From Longimicrobiales bacterium (lineage in GTDB: Bacteria; Gemmatimonadota; Gemmatimonadetes; Longimicrobiales; Gaopeijiaceae): DNA of 64,000 bases. Positions 48,648 through 58,220 of this stretch are shown piece after piece. The notes beneath the pieces were generated by a model. The model searched no databases. It saw nothing but the letters and a program-made list of their open reading frames with translations, and was not told where the DNA came from. Position numbers and translations under genes: made by a program. Every line of letters begins with the position of its first letter. The stretch's first letter is position 1. The stretch is from contig CAXXKM010000003.1 of assembly GCA_963664435.2 (NCBI GenBank), positions 736,001-800,000 of the forward strand, given 5' to 3'.

Positions 48648-50732
48648 TCAGTTCTCCGTCACCGGACGTGGCTTCCCTTCTTCCTCGGGACGCTCCGGAG
48701 CCTCCCAGTCGGCGTTGCCGCGCACGTACAGCTCCAGCCAGCGCAGTTCCTCCACCAGGCGCGTGCGATGGTGGCGGGGCTCGGAGATGCCGTGGCCCTC
48801 GCGCGGGAAGAGAATGAAGCGGCTCTCGACGCCGAGATGCGTCAGCCCCGCGAAGAAGTTCATCGACTGCGCCATGGTGTCCGTCTGGTCCCGCTCCCCG
48901 TGGAAGAGGATGGTTGGTGTGGTCACCTGGTCGAGGTGGGAGTAGGCGGATCGCTCCAGCCAGTGATTCCGGTTCGACCACGGATCGCCGCCCAGGTACC
49001 AGCGCAGGACGTCGAAGTGGAAGCCGGTCCCGAACTCGCTCTGCCAGTCCGACACCATCGCCCCCAGGCTCGCGGCCTTGAAGCGGTCGGTCTGGGTGAT
49101 GGTCCAGCCGCCCAGGATGCCGCCGTAGCTCCAGCCCTTCACCGACAGCGAGTCGGGGTGGGCGACGCCTGCTTCAAGCGCGTAGTCGACCCCGGTCATC
49201 ACGTCGTCGTAGTCCCCTCCCCCGATGTCGTTCATGTTGCCGCGCAGAAGCTCGTCGCCGTAGCCGGAGGAGCCGCGCACGTTGGGCTGGATGATGGAGT
49301 ATCCCGCCGCGGCCAGGATCTGCGCATCTGCGTCGAAGCCCCGGGTGAAGACGCCCGCCGGCCCGCCGTGGATCTCGAGCACCAGCGAACGCGCTTCGGG
49401 ATTGAGGCTCCGGTAGAGCAGGCCCTCGACGGGCAGCCCGTCGCGGCTGGTCCACTGGACGACCTCGGGCTCCGCCAGCTGCCGCTCCGCCATCCATGGA
49501 TTGGCCTCGGTGAGGCGCGTCGGGGCGCTTCCGTCGGTCCCGGCGACGAAGACGTCTCCCGGCGATTTGGGGGTGGACTGCGTGAAGGCGTAGCGCGAGA
49601 AGTCCGCGGAGAAGCTGGGCGACGACAGGATGCCCTCCCCCGAGGACACCGCCTCCAGCTCGCCCGAATCCACGCTCAGCCGGTAAAGGTTGGCGACCGT
49701 CCGGTCGAGCCCCGCGAAGTAGAAGGCGTCGCCGGAGGGATGCCACTGGGGCGTGCCCCGGATGTCCACCATCATGTCGGGCGCCATCTGGCGAACTTCG
49801 CCGCTCTCGACGTCCATGACGTAGAGGTTGCCCTGGTCGAGCTCCCAGGTCTCGAGGTCGGGGGCGCCGAATGCGAGCAGGGTGCCGTCGGGCGACCACG
49901 CCAGCGAACTCTCCGGGGCCTCGTTGTCGGTCAGGTCGCGGGCCTCGCCGGTGGCCACGTCCAGCACGGCGATCTCGGAGAGGTAGCCGTCGTTGCGCCG
50001 GTTCTCGCTGCGGTAGGTGTAGGCGACGCGATCCGCCCCGGGCGCGACAGCGAACTGGCTGATGCGCAGGTTGCCGGTGGTGAGCCGCCGCGCCTCCGCG
50101 TCCTCCTCATCCTCCGAGTCCAGCGCGATCGTCCAGATGCTCGACCACTCGCCGCGCGTCTGCCCGTTGGGTGCCTCGTCGACGAAGATGGCGTCGTAGC
50201 CGTCCTCGCGCCGCTCCTCCTCGTCATCGGGGAGCGAGTCGTTGGCCACGTAGAAGATCGAGTTGGCGTCGCCCCACTGGAAGGAGCGCACCGAGGTGGG
50301 GTGCTCGGTCAGCGCCCGCGCCTCCCCGCCGTCGGTGCGGATGACGAAGACCTGCCGCGCGCGGTCCTCGCCTTCGCCGGCCGAACGCAGAAACGTCACC
50401 CAGCGGCCGTCCGGGGACCAGCGCGCACCGGAGTCCCCGTCCTCCCCGGTGAAGCGGCGGGCATCCGTGCCGTCCGCGTTCACGATCCAGAGCGACATGA
50501 TGCGCTCGTTCTCGTCCCAGTCCAGTTCGGAGCGCGAGAACAGCACCCGCTCCCCGTCCGGGGACATGCGCGGATCCGACACGCGCGTGAGGTTGATGGC
50601 GTCATCGACGCCGAAGGCCGTCTCCTGCGCCGCGGCTGATGTGCCGCCGAGGGAGAAAGCAATGAGGGAGAGCGCGAGGACGAAGCCCCCACGCGCGCTT
50701 TCCTGAGCCCGAATGACCCGTAGACCGTACAT
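48648..50732 (-). CDS. S9 family peptidase with PD40 propeller
   Basis: IHGGP, NVRGSSGYG, GWSYGG, HGERD, REGH catalytic triad motifs. Start uncertain. Confidence 0.92.
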   Translation of the reverse strand: MYGLRVIRAQESARGGFVLALSLIAFSLGGTSAAAQETAFGVDDAINLTRVSDPRMSPDGERVLFSRSELDWDENERIMSLWIVNADGTDARRFTGEDGDSGARWSPDGRWVTFLRSAGEGEDRARQVFVIRTDGGEARALTEHPTSVRSFQWGDANSIFYVANDSLPDDEEERREDGYDAIFVDEAPNGQTRGEWSSIWTIALDSEDEEDAEARRLTTGNLRISQFAVAPGADRVAYTYRSENRRNDGYLSEIAVLDVATGEARDLTDNEAPESSLAWSPDGTLLAFGAPDLETWELDQGNLYVMDVESGEVRQMAPDMMVDIRGTPQWHPSGDAFYFAGLDRTVANLYRLSVDSGELEAVSSGEGILSSPSFSADFSRYAFTQSTPKSPGDVFVAGTDGSAPTRLTEANPWMAERQLAEPEVVQWTSRDGLPVEGLLYRSLNPEARSLVLEIHGGPAGVFTRGFDADAQILAAAGYSIIQPNVRGSSGYGDELLRGNMNDIGGGDYDDVMTGVDYALEAGVAHPDSLSVKGWSYGGILGGWTITQTDRFKAASLGAMVSDWQSEFGTGFHFDVLRWYLGGDPWSNRNHWLERSAYSHLDQVTTPTILFHGERDQTDTMAQSMNFFAGLTHLGVESRFILFPREGHGISEPRHHRTRLVEELRWLELYVRGNADWEAPERPEEEGKPRPVTEN

Positions 50733-50901
50733 GATCCCGACCTGCCGAAGGGTGACCGGATCCGGCTGGCGGACCCGCTGGCCCCGCGGGCGCGACGGAA
50801 GGCTCCCGACACCCCGGCGGGGTTGGCAATATGCCCGGGGCGGGAGCCGGGCTGCAAGCGGGAGCCTGGAGGCGTCTGGCATTCGCCAGCTACCGTGGAC
50901 C

Positions 50902-52107
50902 TCAACTCAGGCCCGCCAGTTCCTCCGCCATTTCACGCAGCCCGATGGCCTCGATGCCGCCCTTCGTCGGATACCGCTCCTTGCCGCCATATACCAGAAA
51001 CGCCTTGTCCGGCCTGACGTCGTCCAGGGCGATGCGGAGTCGCCGTCCGGAAGCGGCGACGAGCCCGCGTCTGACCTCGATCGCCCAGACGCGACCGCCG
51101 GGCAACTCCAGGACGAGATCGATCTCGATGCCGGTCGCGGTCCGGTAGAAGCTGGCGCCGGTGCGCCCCGGGGCTGCTCGCAGGAGGGTCTCGATCACGA
51201 AGCCTTCCCAGCTCGTCCCCGCGACCGGATGACCCATCACGGCATCCCGGTCATCGAGCCCGAGCAGCGTGTGGACGATCCCGCTGTCGCGAATGTAGAC
51301 CCTGGGCGACTTCACGAGCCGCTTGCGGACATTGGCATGATACGGCGACAGGCGACGCACCAGGAGAAGGTCGGCCAGGAGGTCGAGGTACCGCACGACG
51401 GTCTTGCCGTCGACCGCGAGGCTGCGAGCCAGGGCGGCCGCGTTCCAGAGTCCGCCCTGCGAGTGCGCGAGCATGGTCCAGAATCGACGCAGGGTCTCCG
51501 CGGGGATGCGGGGACCCAGCATGGGGATATCGCGTTCGAGATAGGTGCGGATGAAGTTCTCGCGCCAGTGGGCGCTCGCCGTGTCCGTCGGAGCGAGGAA
51601 GCTGCGCGGGAATCCGCCCCGGATCCAAAGGCGCGTCAGCTCGCCGTCTCCAACCTCGCGGACATCCAGCGGGTCGAGCGCCAGATAGCCGATGCGTCCG
51701 GCCAGGCTCTCGCCCGACTGCCGCATGAGATCCATCGAGGCCGATCCGAGAACGAGGAAGTGGCCCGCCGGCTCGCCGTCGTAGATACGTTCGTCGATGA
51801 TCCCGCGGAGTTCCTGAAACAGCTCGGGCACGCGATGAATCTCGTCGAGCACCACCAGTCGGTCGCGCACCGAACCGAGGTAGCCGCGCGCGTCGGAAAG
51901 CCTCTCCCGGTGACTCGGGTTCTCCAGGTCGAGGTAGAGCCCGGGCCTGCGGGCGCCCGAGATGGCCTCAGGCTCCGCATCAGCGACCGCCCGCGCCATC
52001 GTCGTCTTGCCGACCTGCCGGGGCCCCAGAAGGGCGACCGCCGGAAAGATCCGGAGGTATTCCTCCACAGTCGGCCACAGGAGGCGGGGGATCATCAGGG
52101 CGTTCAT
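50902..52107 (-). CDS. AAA_14 ATPase with DUF4143 domain
   Basis: GPRQVGKTT, LDEIH, ESLAGR, RGGFP, KSPRVYIRDSG, EIDL. Confidence 0.9.
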   Translation of the reverse strand: MNALMIPRLLWPTVEEYLRIFPAVALLGPRQVGKTTMARAVADAEPEAISGARRPGLYLDLENPSHRERLSDARGYLGSVRDRLVVLDEIHRVPELFQELRGIIDERIYDGEPAGHFLVLGSASMDLMRQSGESLAGRIGYLALDPLDVREVGDGELTRLWIRGGFPRSFLAPTDTASAHWRENFIRTYLERDIPMLGPRIPAETLRRFWTMLAHSQGGLWNAAALARSLAVDGKTVVRYLDLLADLLLVRRLSPYHANVRKRLVKSPRVYIRDSGIVHTLLGLDDRDAVMGHPVAGTSWEGFVIETLLRAAPGRTGASFYRTATGIEIDLVLELPGGRVWAIEVRRGLVAASGRRLRIALDDVRPDKAFLVYGGKERYPTKGGIEAIGLREMAEELAGLS

Positions 52108-52110
52108 GAG

Positions 52111-52144
52111 TCTGTAATATCGGTATGATATTCCAGATTTGCAA
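52111..52144 (-). promoter_or_regulatory. Sigma70-like promoter overlapped by an inverted repeat
   Basis: Minus strand reads TTGCAA-17 nt-GATATT-8 nt-ATG; palindrome TCTGTAATATC-N5-GATATTCCAGA at 52111-52137. Confidence 0.55.
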
Positions 52145-52370
52145 GTATTTCAGGCAGCGGAGGAACCATGCGTCGCCCGCATCAGGCGTTGAGTCGGCCG
52201 ATTTGCGGGTGCATCACCTCTCCCACCCTTGCCCATCCACGGCTCTCCGCAGAGCTTGCAGCTTCGCCGCGCAAGGGCTCATGCCGCCGCGCGTACAGGG
52301 GTGCCCGTCCACGCCCGGCCGGGCCGCCCACGGGCCCCGGGTCCACACACACCAGCGAGCACGACACACC

Positions 52371-53546
52371 ATGACCCAGAAGCCACGCACGGCGCGCCGG
52401 ACGCGCCTCTTCACCGAGTCCGTCATCCGCGAGATGACGCGCGTCGCGCAGGAGTGCGGAGCGCTCAATCTGGCGCAGGGCTTCCCGGACTTTCCGGCGC
52501 CGCAGGTCATCAAGGACGCGGCCTGCCAGGCCATCCAGGAGGACATCAACCAGTACGCGATCACCTGGGGATCGCCGCGCTACCGCGACGCCCTGGTGCG
52601 CAAGTACCGCGAGTGGTACGGGATGGAGGTGAACGGCGAGCGCGAGATCACGGTCACCTGCGGGGCCACCGAGGCGATGGCGTCCATCATGCTCGCGGTC
52701 ATCAACCCGGGCGACGAGGTGATCGTGCTGGAGCCGTTCTACGAGAACTACGGCCCGGACGCCATCCTGTGCGAGGCTACGCCGGTCTTCCATCGCCTGG
52801 AGCCGCCGGAGTTCCGCCTGGACGCGGCCCGGCTCGAGGCGGACGTCACCCCGCGCACCCGCGCCATCATCCTGAACACGCCCAACAACCCGACCGGACG
52901 CGTCTTCGACCGCGAGGAGCTGGAGGGGGTCGCGGACATCTGCCGGCAGCACGATATCCTGGCGTTCACGGACGAAATCTACGAGCACATCTACTACGAG
53001 GGCGAGCACATCCCGCTGGCCACGCTCCCGGACATGCGCGAGCGCACCGTCACCGTCTCCGGCGCCTCCAAGACCTACAGCGTGACCGGCTGGCGGCTGG
53101 GCACCATCGTGGCCCCGGCCGACCTGACCGACGAGATCCGCAAGGTGCACGACTTCCTGACCGTGGGCGCGCCCGCTCCGCTGCAGGAGGGGGTCGCGGC
53201 GGCGATGAACGCGCTCGGACCCGGGTTCTACGAGGAGCTGAAGCAGAGCTACCTGGCGAAGCGGGAAGTCCTGTACCAGGGGCTGCGCGAGGGCGGATTC
53301 CGGTGCTCGGCCCCGGAGGGCGCCTACTACATCATGGCCGACTTCTCGGACCTCTCCGACCAGGACGACGACACCTTCTCGCGCTCGCTGGCGCGCGCCG
53401 CGGGGGTAATTCCGGTGCCGGGATCGAGCTTCTTCAACGTGCAGGCCGGGGACAGCACCTATGTGCGCTTCGTCTTCTGCAAGAAGATCGACAGCCTCGA
53501 GACGGCGAGCGAGCGGCTGCGGGCGTACGCGCGGGCGGGAGCGTAA
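52371..53546 (+). CDS. PLP-dependent class I/II aminotransferase
   Basis: NLAQGFPDF, NTPNNPTG, DEIY, SKTYSVTGWRLG. Confidence 0.92.
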   Translation: MTQKPRTARRTRLFTESVIREMTRVAQECGALNLAQGFPDFPAPQVIKDAACQAIQEDINQYAITWGSPRYRDALVRKYREWYGMEVNGEREITVTCGATEAMASIMLAVINPGDEVIVLEPFYENYGPDAILCEATPVFHRLEPPEFRLDAARLEADVTPRTRAIILNTPNNPTGRVFDREELEGVADICRQHDILAFTDEIYEHIYYEGEHIPLATLPDMRERTVTVSGASKTYSVTGWRLGTIVAPADLTDEIRKVHDFLTVGAPAPLQEGVAAAMNALGPGFYEELKQSYLAKREVLYQGLREGGFRCSAPEGAYYIMADFSDLSDQDDDTFSRSLARAAGVIPVPGSSFFNVQAGDSTYVRFVFCKKIDSLETASERLRAYARAGA

Positions 53547-53582
53547 GGGAGCGCGGAGAGCCGCCGGATTGAGGCGCGCCTC

Positions 53583-56138
53583 CTACTCCACCACCGCACG
53601 CAGGGTCTCCAGCGGCGTGCGGCGGAGAACGCCCCGGCTGTTGGCGAACCCGGTAACCACGGTCAGCGCCACCACCACCAGCCAGACGCCGGCGACGCGC
53701 CCGACGGGCAGGTGGAAGTCCATCTCGAAGAGGAACTCGACCAGAGCCCACGCGGAACACACCCCCAGCAGCGCACCCGTCAGCCCGGCGAGCACCCCCA
53801 GGCTGGTGTATTCCGCGAGCAGGACCTGGCGCACGAGCGAGCGCCGCGCGCCCAGCGTCTTCAGGAGCGCGCTCTCGCGCATTCGCTGATAGCGCGAGGT
53901 GGAGAGGGATCCCACCAGTACGACCACGCCGGCGAGGGCGATGAAGAGGGCAAGGAAGCGGATGGCCCCGCCCACGCGGCCGAGGATGGTGTCGAGGGCC
54001 TCCTGGATGAGCGCCAGGTCGAGCACCGAGACGTTGGGGAGGCTGAGCACCAGGTTGCGCTGCATGCGGGCGCGGGCCTGGGGGTCGACGATGCGCGCCA
54101 GGCCAAGGTAGCTGCGCGGGGCCTGGTCGAAGACGCCGGGTTCGGCCACCACCAGGAAGTTGATGTCGAAGCGCTCCCAGTCGACGCGACGGAGGTTGTG
54201 CACCGTGGTGGTGACGGGGACGCCCTGGACGTCCCACGTGATCCGGTCGCCGATGCCGACCCTGAGGTCGTCGGCCAGGTCGGCGTCGAGGGAGACGCCG
54301 TCGGGCGGGTCGCCGCCGTTGTCGCGGTCGCCGGCCCCCCCCCACCAGCGGCCGGCCACCAGCTCCTCCGAGTCGGAGAGCTCGGCGCGCGAGGTGTTGC
54401 GGTAGAGGCGCCGCACGGCCCAGCGCGCCGGGCCGCCGTCCCTGCGGTCGCGCAGGATCTCCGCGGCCGGGCGGCCGTTCAGGCTGGAGATGCGGGCCGG
54501 CACCACGGGGGTAAGGTCGACCGGGCCGCCTCCGGCCTCCGCCACCAAATCGGTCACTCCGTCCCGCTGGTCGGGCTGGACATCGAAGAAGAGCAGGTTG
54601 GGCTGGTCCTGCCCGCCGTCCACCGAGAGCGCGCGGCCCAGGCTGGCCTGCACCGCGAGCACGGTGGTGATCAGGAAGGCGCCCAGCCCGAGCGCGAGCA
54701 TTACGGCCGCGGTCTGGTTCTGGGGCCGGAAGAGGTTGGCGACCCCCTGGCGGACGGCGTACGACGCGCGCGCCGGGAAGTAGCGCCGGGTGAGGCGGGT
54801 CAGCGCGACCGCGGTGCCGTAGAGCAGCAGCAGGGCGGCGCTCAGCCCGCCGGCGAAGGCGAGGCCGTGCTCGGGCTCGGGGGCCTGCCAGAGGCTGAGC
54901 AGCAGCATCCCTCCGACCAGAGCGCCGAACGCGAACACGCGGTCCAGCCGCGACCTCGCCGTGGCCTCCGGCTCGAAGTCGGCGCGCAGGGCCTGTAGCG
55001 GCGCGATGCCGCGGATGCGGAGGAGCGGGAGGAGCGCGAACAGCGCGGCCGCGGCCATCCCCGTCGCCAGCCCCGCGACCACCGCCGCCCGATCCACCCG
55101 CGCCTCGACGGTCACGGGCAGCACGTCCGTGATCAGCAGGGGCAGGAGGCGCTGCAGCCCGATGCCCCCCGCCACCCCCGCGACCGAGCCGACCAGCCCG
55201 AGCGCCACCGCCTGCAGGAGGTAGGCGTTGAAGACGCTCCGCTCGCGCGCGCCGATGCAGCGCAGCACCGCGACCGCCGTGGTCTTCTCCTTCACGTACA
55301 CGTGGATCGCGCTGGCGGCGCCGATGCCCCCGAGCAGCAGCGCGGTCAGCCCCACGACCCGCAGGAACCAGGCGAGCACGCGCGTGCCCCGGGTGAGCCT
55401 CCGGGCCTGATCCTGGGCGGTCACCGACGTCACGGCCTGGTTGCGGAAGAAGCGCCAGTGGCGGTCCTCCACGTCCTCCGGGTCCTCCCCCGCGGGCATA
55501 CGCAGGTAGATGTGGTGGCGGGCGACGCTGCCGAACTCGAGCAGCCCGCTGGCGGCGAGCTCGCTACGGGCGACGAACACGCGCGGCCCGATGGCGCTCT
55601 GGAAGCCGATGTCGGTCGGCAGACCGCGCACGGTGCCCAGGATGACGAAGGAAGAGGTGCCCACCTGCAGCGTGTCGCCCGCGCCCACACCCAGCTGGAT
55701 GGGGATCGCCTCGTCCACGATCGCGATCCCGGGCTCTCCCAGGCGGGACCAGATGCCCGGGGGCGTCGTCTCTACCCGCCCGTAGAGCGGGAAGCCCCCC
55801 TCCACGCCCCGCACCTGGGTCAGCCGGGTGGCCCCGTTCCCCGGCGCGTACACCATGGACACCAGCCCGGTCACCCGCGAGAGACGCCCCCCCTCGGTCA
55901 CCACCGAGTCGGCAATGGAGCCCACGCTGTCGGAGATGGGCGCGTTGGAGGTGAGGCGCAGGTCGGCGCCCAGCAGAAGCTGCGACTCCTCACGTATGGA
56001 GCGGATCACGTCGGCGCTGAAGGAGTGCACGGCCACCAGCGCGGCGACCCCGAGCGCCACCGAGGCGGCGTAGGCTCCGATGCGGCGCATGCCCGCCCGG
56101 CCCTCCCTCCAGGCGAGGCTCAGCGAGAAGGGGATCAC
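53583..56138 (-). CDS. ybbP: FtsX-family ABC permease (YbbP-like)
   Basis: LLGADL, FPLYG, PNLLFFDVQPDQ, R.VDW, LKTLGA. Confidence 0.8.
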   Translation of the reverse strand: MIPFSLSLAWREGRAGMRRIGAYAASVALGVAALVAVHSFSADVIRSIREESQLLLGADLRLTSNAPISDSVGSIADSVVTEGGRLSRVTGLVSMVYAPGNGATRLTQVRGVEGGFPLYGRVETTPPGIWSRLGEPGIAIVDEAIPIQLGVGAGDTLQVGTSSFVILGTVRGLPTDIGFQSAIGPRVFVARSELAASGLLEFGSVARHHIYLRMPAGEDPEDVEDRHWRFFRNQAVTSVTAQDQARRLTRGTRVLAWFLRVVGLTALLLGGIGAASAIHVYVKEKTTAVAVLRCIGARERSVFNAYLLQAVALGLVGSVAGVAGGIGLQRLLPLLITDVLPVTVEARVDRAAVVAGLATGMAAAALFALLPLLRIRGIAPLQALRADFEPEATARSRLDRVFAFGALVGGMLLLSLWQAPEPEHGLAFAGGLSAALLLLYGTAVALTRLTRRYFPARASYAVRQGVANLFRPQNQTAAVMLALGLGAFLITTVLAVQASLGRALSVDGGQDQPNLLFFDVQPDQRDGVTDLVAEAGGGPVDLTPVVPARISSLNGRPAAEILRDRRDGGPARWAVRRLYRNTSRAELSDSEELVAGRWWGGAGDRDNGGDPPDGVSLDADLADDLRVGIGDRITWDVQGVPVTTTVHNLRRVDWERFDINFLVVAEPGVFDQAPRSYLGLARIVDPQARARMQRNLVLSLPNVSVLDLALIQEALDTILGRVGGAIRFLALFIALAGVVVLVGSLSTSRYQRMRESALLKTLGARRSLVRQVLLAEYTSLGVLAGLTGALLGVCSAWALVEFLFEMDFHLPVGRVAGVWLVVVALTVVTGFANSRGVLRRTPLETLRAVVE

Positions 56139-56896
56139 TCCGCCCCGCGGCCGGCGGGGGTTTCCGCGACGCCGGCCCCGCCATTACGGCGGTCCGACGC
56201 GATGCGCCCGTCCCTCAGCGTGACGATGCGCCGGGCGCGGGCGGCCAGCTCCAGATCGTGGGTGGCGAGCACGATGGTCGTGCGGCACTCCCGGTTGAGC
56301 TCCTCCATCAGCTCGACCACCACCGCCCCGGCCGCCGAGTCCAGGTTGCCGGTGGGCTCGTCGGCGAAGAGCACCAGCGGCCGGTTGGCGAAGGCGCGGG
56401 CGAGCGCCACCCGCTGCTGTTCACCCCCGGAGAGCTGCGCCGGATAGTGGTGCATGCGCTCCACGAGCCCCACCCGCTCAAGCAGTTCGCGGGCCCGCAC
56501 GCGCGGCCCGACCCGTGACCTCGACCCGCGCCCGCCACCCCCCGACACCTTCGCCCGCGGGGCCAGCTCCAGCGGCACCATGACGTTCTCCAGCGCCGTG
56601 AGCGTGGGCAGGAGGTGGAAGGTCTGGAAGACAAAGCCTACCTTTTCGGCCCGGAACGCGGCCCGCTCGTCGCCGGTAAGCGCCGACAGCCGCTCGCCGC
56701 CCAGGCTCACGGAGCCGGTCGTCGGCGCGTCGAGTCCCGCGAGCAGGCCCAGCAGGGTGGTCTTGCCGCTTCCCGAGGGACCCACGAGGGCGATAAAGTC
56801 CTCTTCGGGGACGCTCAGGTCGATGTCGCGCAAAACGACCAGCGAGCGGCTGCCGCGCCCGTACGCTTTACTCACACCTTCAGCGACGATCATCAT
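56135..56896 (-). CDS. ybbA: ABC ATP-binding protein (YbbA-like)
   Basis: GPSGSGKTT, HYPAQLSGGEQQRVA, ADEPTGNLD. Confidence 0.85.
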   Translation of the reverse strand: MMIVAEGVSKAYGRGSRSLVVLRDIDLSVPEEDFIALVGPSGSGKTTLLGLLAGLDAPTTGSVSLGGERLSALTGDERAAFRAEKVGFVFQTFHLLPTLTALENVMVPLELAPRAKVSGGGGRGSRSRVGPRVRARELLERVGLVERMHHYPAQLSGGEQQRVALARAFANRPLVLFADEPTGNLDSAAGAVVVELMEELNRECRTTIVLATHDLELAARARRIVTLRDGRIASDRRNGGAGVAETPAGRGAE

Positions 56897-57656
56897 GTGG
56901 AGACGCCTGGCGGCAATCGGCCTGCTCACGTTCCTGCCCGCGTGCGGGGGAGCAGAAGACCCCGAAGCGTTACGTTCGCCGGATCGGGAAGTTGCGGCAA
57001 CGGACGCCGCCAGGGAGGCAGCCTCGTCCTCCTCGCCGGCTGCGTCGCAATCCCCCGCCTCTACGACAGACATCTCGCCCGGGCGCGGTGTTGTCCTTTT
57101 CCTGGGCACGAGCCTCACCGAAGGCTACGGCCTGGGCAACGCAGAGGAACACGCCTTCCCCGCGAAGGTCCAGGCGCGCATCGACCGGGCCGGACTTCCC
57201 TTCCGTGTCGTAAACGCGGGCGTCGGCGGCGACACCAGCGCGGGAGGTCTGCGGCGCCTCGAGTGGCTGCTGCGCATGCCGGTGCGCGTTCTCGTGATCG
57301 AGCTGGGGGCCAACGACGGCCTGCGGGGACAGGATGTCGATGCCCTGCGCGACAACCTGCTCGCCGTCATCGGCCGCAGCCGGGCCCGATACCCGGAGGT
57401 CGAGATTCTGCTGGCGGGCATGCAGGCGCCTCCCAACCTGGGTGAGCGCTACACCGCGAGCTTCAGCGCCGTCTTCCCCGAAGTGGCCCGCGAAGCGGAC
57501 GTCTCCCTCATCCCCTTCCTCCTCGAAGGCGTGGGGGGCGTCCGCGAGCTCAACCAGGCCGACGGCATCCACCCCTCGGTGGCGGGGCACGAGATCATCG
57601 CCGAAACCGTCTGGGCCGGCCTGGAGCCGGTGCTGAGGCGCATCGATGCCCGCTGA
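56895..57656 (+). CDS. tesA: GDSL arylesterase/acyl-CoA thioesterase I (lipoprotein)
   Basis: LGTSLT.GYG, NAGVGGDT, ELGANDGLRG, DGIHP; signal peptide ending LPAC. Confidence 0.88.
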   Translation: MWRRLAAIGLLTFLPACGGAEDPEALRSPDREVAATDAAREAASSSSPAASQSPASTTDISPGRGVVLFLGTSLTEGYGLGNAEEHAFPAKVQARIDRAGLPFRVVNAGVGGDTSAGGLRRLEWLLRMPVRVLVIELGANDGLRGQDVDALRDNLLAVIGRSRARYPEVEILLAGMQAPPNLGERYTASFSAVFPEVAREADVSLIPFLLEGVGGVRELNQADGIHPSVAGHEIIAETVWAGLEPVLRRIDAR

Positions 57657-57689
57657 GCGCGAATCCCCTCCTCGATCCGGGAGCACACC

Positions 57690-58199
57690 ATGGCGGTGAA
57701 GTTCTTCAGTTTCCTCGCGGTAGTCTTCATCTCCCTGCTCCTTATCGGGCTCATTCTCCCCGGCACCTGGGCGGTCGAGCGCTCGCTGGAGATGCCCGCG
57801 GTCCCGGAACAGGTGTTCGCCTACGTCAACGACGTGTCGCTCTGGGATGCGTGGACCGACTGGCCCGAAGCCGCCGGGGAGCGCATCGGCCCCTCCCGCG
57901 GGGTCGGCGCGGGCCGCAGCTGGGATGATCCGGAGTTCGGCGATGGCGTCTTCACCATCGTGGAGAGCGTCGCCGGGGAGCGGGTGCGCTACCGGGTGGA
58001 GGTGGAGGATGGGGCGATGATTACCGAAGGCACCATCGCCCTGGACCGGCTCGAGGACGGCACCCGGGTGACCTGGCGCGAGACCGGCGACTTCGGATGG
58101 AATCCCATCCTGGGATACGTGGCGCGCGCCATGGATCGCCTGCAGGGACGGGAGATGGAACTGGGGCTGGAACGGCTGCGCGAGGCGAGTACGCCCTGA
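57690..58199 (+). CDS. SRPBCC family protein with N-terminal membrane anchor
   Basis: VERS..M.A.PEQVFAYVND...W.AW, TRVTW, GLERL. Confidence 0.82.
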   Translation: MAVKFFSFLAVVFISLLLIGLILPGTWAVERSLEMPAVPEQVFAYVNDVSLWDAWTDWPEAAGERIGPSRGVGAGRSWDDPEFGDGVFTIVESVAGERVRYRVEVEDGAMITEGTIALDRLEDGTRVTWRETGDFGWNPILGYVARAMDRLQGREMELGLERLREASTP

Positions 58200-58220
58200 C
58201 CGCGGGTTTCCGGGCCCGGA

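Noticed and set aside
52371..53546. Aminotransferase as the missing EgtE
   Set aside because: It is a class I/II enzyme whereas EgtE is class V-like, and it lies 15 kb from egtB.
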